Part shown: positions 8,902 through 16,368 of the stretch, one piece after another | Numbering within the stretch: position 1 is the first letter of the stretch | Layout: every line of letters starts with the position of its first letter | The notes under the pieces: generated by a model | The model's database searches: none | What the model was told of the DNA's origin: nothing | The model's input: the letters and a program-made list of their open reading frames with translations, nothing else | Program-made: the position numbers and the translations under genes | Virus record (IMG/VR): IMGVR_UViG_3300034160_000048 | Coordinates: 1 to 59,561 of that record | Source: a virus | Taxonomy: Duplodnaviria; Caudoviricetes | Strand: one strand, 5' to 3' | Length of the DNA stretch: 59,561 nucleotides

Positions 8902-9252
8902 ATGAGCACGGTCGAGCAGGAAATCGGGCACAAGCCCCGGGTCTACATCATCGAGCAGCAGGCTTTCGACTACAGCCCTGCTACGGTGTTTGGCATCCCA
9001 TTCTTCATGAACTTCCAGCCACTGGCCCCTGCGGGGGGCGGAGCGCCGGAGTCGTGGAACCAGATCTCGATGCACCAAGCCCGCAAGGAGTTGGCCGAGT
9101 ACGTGCCGGGAATGGACTACATCGTCCCTACCGGCAAGCCTGCCAAGATGCTCGCCGTGGGCATGCTGCTGGCGGAGAAGGGCAAGCGGCACAGGGTCCT
9201 CGGCTGGGACGCGAGGACGCAGCGCTACTTGGAATTCATCATCAACGTCTGA
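8902..9252 (+). CDS. hypothetical phage protein
   Basis: GAGGA RBS, 116-aa ORF in operon. Confidence 0.75.
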   Translation: MSTVEQEIGHKPRVYIIEQQAFDYSPATVFGIPFFMNFQPLAPAGGGAPESWNQISMHQARKELAEYVPGMDYIVPTGKPAKMLAVGMLLAEKGKRHRVLGWDARTQRYLEFIINV

Positions 9253-9266
9253 TAGAGGAGAACAGG

Positions 9267-9782
9267 ATGAATGAAAAGGCGAATGGCTATGGCCTCAAGG
9301 TCGGGCCGAAGCAGGTGGAAGCCGCACTGGCGACCCTCGAGGCTTACGTGGCGGAGCGGGCGGCGCTCGTCACCGACAAGGCCAAGATGGACTTGCTGGG
9401 ATCGATCAAGCTGATGGATGCCCTGTACAAGTTCAAGGACGAGGTCGCGGACCGGGTCAAGTCGCCCGCCGAGAAGGCTTATGACACACTCCGATTTGTC
9501 GTCGTCCCCGAGTGGATGGACGAAAAGGGCGTGCCGTCAATCACGGTCGAGGGCGTGGGGCGCTGCAACGTCACCGACGATGTGCAGGTGAAGGTCAACG
9601 CCAAGGGCGGGCTGTTCGAGTGGTTGACCAAGAACGAGTTCGAAGACATGATTCAGCAGAACGTCAACGCGCAAACGTTGGCGGCCTTTGTTCGCAAGCG
9701 GCTGAAGGCCGGGCTCCCTCTCCCTGACGCCGACGTCATGGAAGTGAAGCCCGTGACGCGGGCCGCAATTACACGTTCCTAA
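9267..9782 (+). CDS. conserved phage replication-module protein
   Basis: GAGGAG RBS before ATG 9267; VPEWMDEKGVxSITV and VNAQTLAAFVR pattern, located next to the SSB-like gene. Confidence 0.7.
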   Translation: MNEKANGYGLKVGPKQVEAALATLEAYVAERAALVTDKAKMDLLGSIKLMDALYKFKDEVADRVKSPAEKAYDTLRFVVVPEWMDEKGVPSITVEGVGRCNVTDDVQVKVNAKGGLFEWLTKNEFEDMIQQNVNAQTLAAFVRKRLKAGLPLPDADVMEVKPVTRAAITRS

Positions 9783-9798
9783 CAGGAGATCGACGATA

Positions 9799-10599
9799 AT
9801 GGCAACACAGCAGGCAAAGAAACCGCAGGCCCAGGCAGTTAAGCCCTCGGCCGCGAAGACGCCTACGCAGGCAGTGGCGGCGACGAAGCCGACCGCAGTA
9901 GCGACGGTGCCCGACTACATCAAGCAGGGGGCAGGCCGTGGTAATGAGAATGTGGAGATGTCGGATTACGTCATCCCCCGCATCGAGGTCGTGCAGGCGC
10001 TCTCCCCGTGCCTCAAATCCAACGACCCCTCGTACATCGAGGACGCGTCGCAGGGCGACCTCTACAACTCCGTCACCCGCGAGCTGTACGGCAACGCCGT
10101 TACGGTCATTCCGGTCGTCTTCCGCAAGGAATACCTCGTGTGGAAGGACCGCACCAAGGGCGGCGGGTTCCGGGGCGCGTACCCTTCGATGCAGGAGGCG
10201 CAGGCCCGGATCGACGGTGAGAAGGACGGAGCGGATCTCGTCACCAACGAAACCGCGCAGCAGTTCGTGCTTATCGTCCGCGAGGACGGCACGATGGACG
10301 AAGCCGTCGTGTCGATGTCCAAGACCAAGCTGAAGATCAGCCGTCAGTGGAACTCGCTGATCCGGATCAACGGCAACGACCGCTTCTCGCGTACCTACGT
10401 GTTGTCTTCGACCGAGGACAACAATGAGAAGGGCGACTTCTACAACTTCGCGGTGGCCAACGCCGGCTTCCCGACCGTTGAGCAGTACAAGCGGGCCGAG
10501 TCGCTGTTCGAAGCTATCGCTTCGGGCGCGCGTCGCGTGGTGGCGGACACCAGTGACGGTGACCTTGACGGGCAGGCGCAGGCCCGGGGCGAATACTGA
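9799..10599 (+). CDS. putative single-stranded DNA-binding protein
   Basis: GNENV..SD..IPRIxVVQALSP signature, acidic C-terminus, position between helicases. Confidence 0.65.
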   Translation: MATQQAKKPQAQAVKPSAAKTPTQAVAATKPTAVATVPDYIKQGAGRGNENVEMSDYVIPRIEVVQALSPCLKSNDPSYIEDASQGDLYNSVTRELYGNAVTVIPVVFRKEYLVWKDRTKGGGFRGAYPSMQEAQARIDGEKDGADLVTNETAQQFVLIVREDGTMDEAVVSMSKTKLKISRQWNSLIRINGNDRFSRTYVLSSTEDNNEKGDFYNFAVANAGFPTVEQYKRAESLFEAIASGARRVVADTSDGDLDGQAQARGEY

Positions 10600-10600
10600 G

Positions 10601-10750
10601 GGATCGTCAAAACCGCGCCGTGTTGCGGTAGAGATCGTGCTGCGATCGGCACAACGGCAGCAAGCGGCCCTCAGATAGGGTGAGTTGAAGTCACAGCCCC
10701 GCCGCAAGGCAACGGACCGTCACCCGGGTCCGGGGGCTCTGGCGCTGCAA
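10601..10750 (+). ncRNA. candidate structured RNA or ssDNA element
   Basis: Multiple nested hairpins, a GCAA tetraloop and a possible pseudoknot in a ~160-nt intergenic gap. Confidence 0.4.
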
Positions 10751-10762
10751 TAGAGGATTGGA

Positions 10763-12163
10763 ATGAAGACCACAGTATACTACGGCCCTCCGGGAACCGG
10801 CAAAACCCGCACACTCATGGAGCGTCTGACAGCGCATATCCAAGGGGGCGGCCGGAGGGCCCTTTTTTGCAGCCATACCAAGGCGGCTGCTCGCACCGCG
10901 TTTGAGCGGTGGGGCGGGGCCAGTGCGGGTGTAGACATCCAGACCCTGCACTCTTTCTGCTTTAAGGCCCTCAAGTTGACCCGGTCCCAGACGGTGGACG
11001 AGGCCAAGCTTGAAATCCTTCTTCATGAATTCGGGCTCGACATCGATGACGGCGGGGAGGGCAAGGCGTATGTTGAAGTTATGTCGGTGGCTCGAGCGAC
11101 TGGCGACGGCATGCTCGAAACGTACGACCGGCTTGGGCAGCCTGGAACTCGCTCACACTTCCAAGCCTTCGTGGCTACCTACGACCGCTGGAAGACCCAG
11201 TTCGGCTACCGGGACTTTAGCGACATGCTGGACGATTATTCCCGGAGCAACGATGCTGGGGGCTACGACCTGCTCGTGGTCGACGAAGCGCAAGACCTGA
11301 CCCCGCTCCATTGGAAGGCCCTGAGCCGCTTCATGGAGTTGAACCCTGACGCCGACGTCGTAATCGGCGGGGACGACGACCAGTGCATCTATAGTTATGC
11401 CGGGGCCGACGCCCACGGCATGGACACATTCATAAACCGCTACGGCGGCAACATCCGGACGCTGTCGCAGTCCTACCGTATTCCCCGCGTGGTGCACACC
11501 CTCGCCAAGTCGATCATCACCCGGGTCGAGAAGCGGGTGAAGAAGGTGTACAAGCCCACGAAGGAGCAGGGGACTTTCATGCTGTGGCCCGACCCCAGCT
11601 ACATGAAGCTGGACCCGGCCCGGGACACCCTTGTCCTGTTTAGTGACAAATTCGGCCGTCGCGACATCGAGGACCAGTTGCGCGATTCCGCCACACCCTA
11701 TGAGGCGGTGTCGGGGCTGCCGGGCCCGCTGCAGACGCGCGCCGGGCGGGCAATCCGGATGGCACACACCATAAAGGAGTGGACCGATGAAGATAAGGCT
11801 CTATTTAAAAAAGGACTCTCAGGGAGGGGTGTTGATTTGGCCGGATCAGTCGGTGTGGAAGCGGTCGCAGAAAAGATCCGCGCAGGATACTTCGACTACA
11901 CTACCGCCCGGATCGACGATGTGGACTATTTGGCCCGGGTCGACCACAGCCAGCCATGCAATATTCGGATTGCCACCATCCATGGGGCGAAAGGGATGGA
12001 GGCAGACGATGTCCATTTGTTTGACACCCGCTCCCAAGCCGCAATCTCCGAGTCCTTGGTCAACCCCGACCATGCGCACCGACTGGCATACGTCGCCGTG
12101 ACCCGGCCCCGCCACAACCTCTACATTTACGAGGGTGTCAACGGCTACGGTGGCTGGCAATGA
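10763..12163 (+). CDS. UvrD/Rep-like SF1 helicase
   Basis: GPPGTGKT, VDEAQD, GDDDQCIY, LSQSYRIP, TIHGAKGME, YVAVTR. Confidence 0.93.
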   Translation: MKTTVYYGPPGTGKTRTLMERLTAHIQGGGRRALFCSHTKAAARTAFERWGGASAGVDIQTLHSFCFKALKLTRSQTVDEAKLEILLHEFGLDIDDGGEGKAYVEVMSVARATGDGMLETYDRLGQPGTRSHFQAFVATYDRWKTQFGYRDFSDMLDDYSRSNDAGGYDLLVVDEAQDLTPLHWKALSRFMELNPDADVVIGGDDDQCIYSYAGADAHGMDTFINRYGGNIRTLSQSYRIPRVVHTLAKSIITRVEKRVKKVYKPTKEQGTFMLWPDPSYMKLDPARDTLVLFSDKFGRRDIEDQLRDSATPYEAVSGLPGPLQTRAGRAIRMAHTIKEWTDEDKALFKKGLSGRGVDLAGSVGVEAVAEKIRAGYFDYTTARIDDVDYLARVDHSQPCNIRIATIHGAKGMEADDVHLFDTRSQAAISESLVNPDHAHRLAYVAVTRPRHNLYIYEGVNGYGGWQ

Positions 12164-13995
12164 TGCCCTCGGTCGACTACCTGCTGTCGCTGCCCCGGCT
12201 GGCGCTCGACACGGAAACTACCGGCCTCGACTGGCAGCGCGACCGTGTATTTGGAATCGCGATGGCGTGGCGCGACACCGGGAAGATCGAGAGTATCTAC
12301 ATTGATCTGCGGGAAGGGCAGTGGCTGCGCTGGGCCCGGGACGTCCTGCCCCGGCTGCGGCATATCGTCAATCACAACATCAAGTTCGACTGGCACATGC
12401 TGCGGTCGATGAAGATCGAGCTGGCCCCCGGCGCGTGTGACTGCACGATGATCCGGGAGACGCTGATCGACGAGAACCAGTTCGAATACAACCTCGAGCG
12501 GGTGAGCCAGAAGTACCTGCACACCGGCAAGGTGAACATCTGGCAGGAACTTGCTGACCTATTCGGGGGAAAGCCGACCAAGGAGGCGCAGATAGGGAAC
12601 CTGTCGAAGGCCCCATCGGCACTCGTATCCAAGTACGCAACAGGGGACGCGGAGAATGCGCTACGCATCTGGGAACATCAGGAAGCACTACTTACAGCTG
12701 ACGATCTCGGAGTGGTTGCTGCCATGGAACGTAAGCTACTCCAGGTGGTTGCGGAGATGGAGCGGGGTGGCGTACGTGTTGATATGGACGCGGCTGAGCG
12801 AGCAGTATCCCTTATCGATGCGAACATGGCGACGGCTCAGAAAGCCTTGGATAGGGCCGCCGGTCGTCCCATCAACGCAAACTCCCCAGCGCAGGTTAAA
12901 GCGCTGCTCGGTGTGCATTGTGACGACAAAGGTGACTGGCGAACTCGTGACGGGTTACTTCTGGAGCCGACCGAGTCGGGCAAGAGCGGTGCGCTGCGTA
13001 CCGAAAAGCTCTATCAGTGCACCCTTCCTGAGGCGGCGCTTATCGCAGAACTACGAGGCGGCATTAAGGCGCGCGATGTCTTCCTGAAGAAGTACATCCT
13101 CCAGATGTCGGTCAATGGGTACGTGCACGCGAGCATCAACCAGACCAAGACCGAGGCGGGGGACGGCACCTACACCGGGCGGTTCTCGATCACGGAGCCC
13201 GCGCTGCAGCAGATCCACAAGCGCAATAAGAAGATGGCCGCAATCGTGCGGGCCTGTTTCCTGCCCGACGAGGGCTGCGAGTGGGGCTGCTGGGACTGGT
13301 CACAGAAGGACTTCCGGATCTTCGCGCACTATGTGAACGACCCCAAGATCAATTCCATCTACGAGAAAAACCCGCTCGCGGACTTTCACCGGGTGACCGC
13401 CGATTTGACCGGCCTGCCCCGGGACCCGGACCAGAAAACGGGCGGCGCGAACGCCAAGCAGATGAACCTTGGCCTCGTGTTCGGCATGGCCGCAGGGCGC
13501 ATGGCCAAGGAGATGAACCTGCCATTCACAACCGACGAGAGTGGGTACCTCAAGGCGGGCCCCGAGGCGGAGGCCCTGTTTGCCAAGTACCACAACAACA
13601 TCCCGGGCGTGCAGCAGCTCAAGAAGGCCGTGGGGTCCGTGGCCCGGAGCAGGGGACATATTGTAACCCAGCTTGGGCGGCGGCTTCACTTCCCGAACGG
13701 TGAGGGGGCATACAAGGCCGCCGGCATCCTGTTCCAGGCACAGGCGGCGGAGTCGATGAAGATCAAGATGTGCGAGATTTACGACATCATGCAGCAGCAG
13801 AAGGGGAGCCGGTTCCTGCTCCCGGTGCACGACGAGTTTGACTTTGCGCTGGGGCCCAACCGGGCCCCGACGTTTGACGCTGATATGACTGCGCTTTTGC
13901 AGAGGTTTGACGGGGACATCACCCCGCTCAAGTATCGAATTCCGATCCGCGCCGATTATGGCACGGGTCCTAACTGGTGGGAGGCGAGCAAGTGA
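12160..13995 (+). CDS. dpoZ: family A DNA polymerase with 3'-5' exonuclease, DpoZ-like
   Basis: DTETTG/HNIKFD exo motifs, TGRFS, motif A DWSQKDFR, motif B AKQMNLGLVFG, motif C VHDE; directly upstream of purZ. Confidence 0.85.
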   Translation: MMPSVDYLLSLPRLALDTETTGLDWQRDRVFGIAMAWRDTGKIESIYIDLREGQWLRWARDVLPRLRHIVNHNIKFDWHMLRSMKIELAPGACDCTMIRETLIDENQFEYNLERVSQKYLHTGKVNIWQELADLFGGKPTKEAQIGNLSKAPSALVSKYATGDAENALRIWEHQEALLTADDLGVVAAMERKLLQVVAEMERGGVRVDMDAAERAVSLIDANMATAQKALDRAAGRPINANSPAQVKALLGVHCDDKGDWRTRDGLLLEPTESGKSGALRTEKLYQCTLPEAALIAELRGGIKARDVFLKKYILQMSVNGYVHASINQTKTEAGDGTYTGRFSITEPALQQIHKRNKKMAAIVRACFLPDEGCEWGCWDWSQKDFRIFAHYVNDPKINSIYEKNPLADFHRVTADLTGLPRDPDQKTGGANAKQMNLGLVFGMAAGRMAKEMNLPFTTDESGYLKAGPEAEALFAKYHNNIPGVQQLKKAVGSVARSRGHIVTQLGRRLHFPNGEGAYKAAGILFQAQAAESMKIKMCEIYDIMQQQKGSRFLLPVHDEFDFALGPNRAPTFDADMTALLQRFDGDITPLKYRIPIRADYGTGPNWWEASK

Positions 13996-15098
13996 GAAGC
14001 AAGACAATTGTAACGGTACAGGACCTGCAGTTCGGCAGCACAGGAAAAGGGCTGATTGCGGGCAGTGTTGCGTGCGCATGGGAACCGGACACTGTAGTTA
14101 CGGCGTGGGGCCCGAACGCGGGGCACACTTTCCGCGACGGCGAGCTTAACATGATCACGACCATGTTGGCCAGCTCCTCGGTCGCCCCCAGCGTGCAGAA
14201 CATCCTCATTGGCCCCGGGTCGGTGGTCAACCTCGAGAATCTAGCGGCCGAGATCCGCGCCGTCGGGCCGTTGCTGTCGGGCAAGTGGTTGATTCTACAC
14301 CCACAGGCGGCGATCCTGCGGCCCGAGCACGCAATGGCGGAGAAGGCGTTGATCACCATCGGGTCCACCATGAAGGGGACTGCCGAAGCCGCGATCTCCA
14401 AGATGCGGCGCGGGACCAGTGCCACGGCGAAGCAGCTACAGCTCATGGTGCGCGAGCACTTGGAAGGCGTGCTCGATGAATTCGACGTCATGTTCAGCAT
14501 GGAAGAAAAGATGTATGACAAGTCCATCGACGTCAGCAGCCGTATGATTGTCGAGGGCGCGCAGGGCTTCTCGCTGGGCATCCACGGGCCGTTCTACCCT
14601 TATGGCACCAGCCGGGACATCAGCACCGCGCAGCTGTTTGCGGATTGCCGGATCCCGTTCCCGACGCAGGGCGAGAGGGTGGTCAATATTGGGTGCTGCC
14701 GCACTTACCCTATCCGCGTAGCTAACCGGTTCAACGACAAGGGCGAGATGGTCGGGACCAGCGGCGGGCACTACCCCGACCAAGACGAGCTTACATGGGA
14801 AGCCATCGGTCGCCCGGTGGAACTCACCACAGTTACGAAGCTCCCGCGCCGCGTGTTCAGCTTTTCAAATCTGCAGGTGGCGGAGGCGGCCCGGGTGATG
14901 GGCACGACCGAAATCGCGCTGACCTTCTGCGACTACATCGCGCCGAGGCCGGGCGAGGATCAGGGGTTGCCAAGGGCCGTCACGGCCTTCTCGGAGCGCA
15001 TCCGTCGAGCGACCGGCATCATGCCCTCCCTGTTCAGCTTCGGGCCCGACCGCGCCGACGTCATCGCCCGGACGGGCTCCGTGGCGCTGGGGGACTGA
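13992..15098 (+). CDS. purZ: PurZ, 2-amino-deoxyadenylosuccinate synthase (PurA paralogue)
   Basis: QFGSTGKG (Ser in place of PurA Asp), PNAGHT, EGAQGFSL, YPYGTSRD, PIRV, ELTTVTKLPRR; GTG 13992 overlaps pol stop. Confidence 0.93.
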   Translation: MRSKTIVTVQDLQFGSTGKGLIAGSVACAWEPDTVVTAWGPNAGHTFRDGELNMITTMLASSSVAPSVQNILIGPGSVVNLENLAAEIRAVGPLLSGKWLILHPQAAILRPEHAMAEKALITIGSTMKGTAEAAISKMRRGTSATAKQLQLMVREHLEGVLDEFDVMFSMEEKMYDKSIDVSSRMIVEGAQGFSLGIHGPFYPYGTSRDISTAQLFADCRIPFPTQGERVVNIGCCRTYPIRVANRFNDKGEMVGTSGGHYPDQDELTWEAIGRPVELTTVTKLPRRVFSFSNLQVAEAARVMGTTEIALTFCDYIAPRPGEDQGLPRAVTAFSERIRRATGIMPSLFSFGPDRADVIARTGSVALGD

Positions 15099-15099
15099 C

Positions 15100-15510
15100 A
15101 TGACGAGATTCTACGATCTTGACTGGAACAACATGCGCCGGGTGCAGCAGGCGATCACCGATTGGGCGGACTCGCAGTTCCCGGGCCGCACCGCCCAGCA
15201 CGCCCTGTCGAAACTGGTTCTCGAGGAAGTCCCGGAGCTGCTGCAGCACAAGAAGTTGCACGGCACCAAGGGGATCGACACGGAACTGGCCGACTGCTTC
15301 GTGTTGCTCATGGATCTGGCGTCGCTGTGGGGCGTGGATCTGCCCGCCGCGATCCGGGCCAAGATGATCATCAACGAGAAACGCGTCTGGAAGGTTGACC
15401 CCGACACAGGGCTCATGAACCACACCGACGGGGTGAAACCGCTGACGCGGGAAGAAATCCAGGAAGCGATTGTGCTGATCGAAGAAACTGAAGGAGGTTC
15501 CCATGACTAG
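15100..15510 (+). CDS. mazZ: MazG-like dNTP pyrophosphohydrolase (MazZ/DUF550-like)
   Basis: WADSQFP...LEEVPEL...ELADCFVLLMD...AKMIINEKRVW; between purZ and datZ. Confidence 0.8.
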   Translation: MTRFYDLDWNNMRRVQQAITDWADSQFPGRTAQHALSKLVLEEVPELLQHKKLHGTKGIDTELADCFVLLMDLASLWGVDLPAAIRAKMIINEKRVWKVDPDTGLMNHTDGVKPLTREEIQEAIVLIEETEGGSHD

Positions 15511-16099
15511 TCCCGAACTTAAGGCCCTGCTCAAACTGTCCACCGTCCCCCGCTGGGCGATTGTGGACATGAGCCGGCAGCAATCCGTGGCTGAGCACAG
15601 CTACCGGGTCTGGGCTATCGCCGCCGAGCTGTACAAGGTGTTGTACCCGGCGCCCCACAATCAGGTGGACGAAATGGCCACGGCCCGCTGGGCGCTGGTG
15701 CACGACGTCGAGGAGGCTTTCATGGGCGATACGCCCTCGACAGCCAAGGAAATCCTCGAAAGGGTGGCCCCCGGCGTGGGGCAGAAGTGGGTTGATGCGA
15801 TAATCCAAAAGGAGGTTCCAGGGGTCGCAGCGTTTGCCCGTGGCGTGAAAGGTTCGCCCCCGGGCCACGTGGTCAAGATCGCGGACATTCTGGAGGCCAT
15901 CCTGTTCACCTTTGACTACGCGGTGAACGCCGGGGAAAAGGTCCGGGTGCTCAATTTCCTGTACGCGCAGTTGGGCGCGGCCTGGAGAAAGGCGCAGGCC
16001 GACATGATTACAGCCGACTGGCTAGGGGCGGTCGATTTCCGAAACCAGCTGCTTGCGGCGGAGCCCGCCGTGGCTCGCATTGAGGTGGACTACCCATGA
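15503..16099 (+). CDS. datZ: HD-domain dATP triphosphohydrolase DatZ
   Basis: VPRW...QSVAEHSYRV...HDVEEAFMGD.P...VKIADILEA (YfbR-like HD fold) inside the purZ cluster. Confidence 0.85.
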   Translation: MTSPELKALLKLSTVPRWAIVDMSRQQSVAEHSYRVWAIAAELYKVLYPAPHNQVDEMATARWALVHDVEEAFMGDTPSTAKEILERVAPGVGQKWVDAIIQKEVPGVAAFARGVKGSPPGHVVKIADILEAILFTFDYAVNAGEKVRVLNFLYAQLGAAWRKAQADMITADWLGAVDFRNQLLAAEPAVARIEVDYP

Positions 16100-16368
16100 T
16101 CGACCTGTCCAAAGTGCCGCCAAAGTTGATTCACAACCTAATCAACGAGATGGCGGAGTTCAGGGCCTCCGGATTTAGGCAACCGATGCGTATTGACTAT
16201 GCCCTTGAAATGGTGCTGGCCATAGCGGAGCCCGAATTTTTTACCGAGTGGCGGCCTGCGCCCCGTTTTCACCCAACAGCCCGCCTTGAGAAAACGCCCG
16301 ATCTTTCCTCCACGGAAGACGTTTGGGGTTTCCTAAGGTCGAGCGGAGTTTATGACTCTCAGGTATGA
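16096..16368 (+). CDS. hypothetical protein
   Basis: GAGGTGG RBS, ATGA coupling; overlaps convergent gene by 128 bp. Confidence 0.5.
   Translation: MIDLSKVPPKLIHNLINEMAEFRASGFRQPMRIDYALEMVLAIAEPEFFTEWRPAPRFHPTARLEKTPDLSSTEDVWGFLRSSGVYDSQV

Noticed and set aside
13977-15098. Annotation as ordinary adenylosuccinate synthetase (purA auxiliary metabolic gene)
   Set aside because: GSTGKG instead of GDEGKG, the TTVTK loop and the datZ/mazZ neighbours indicate PurZ.
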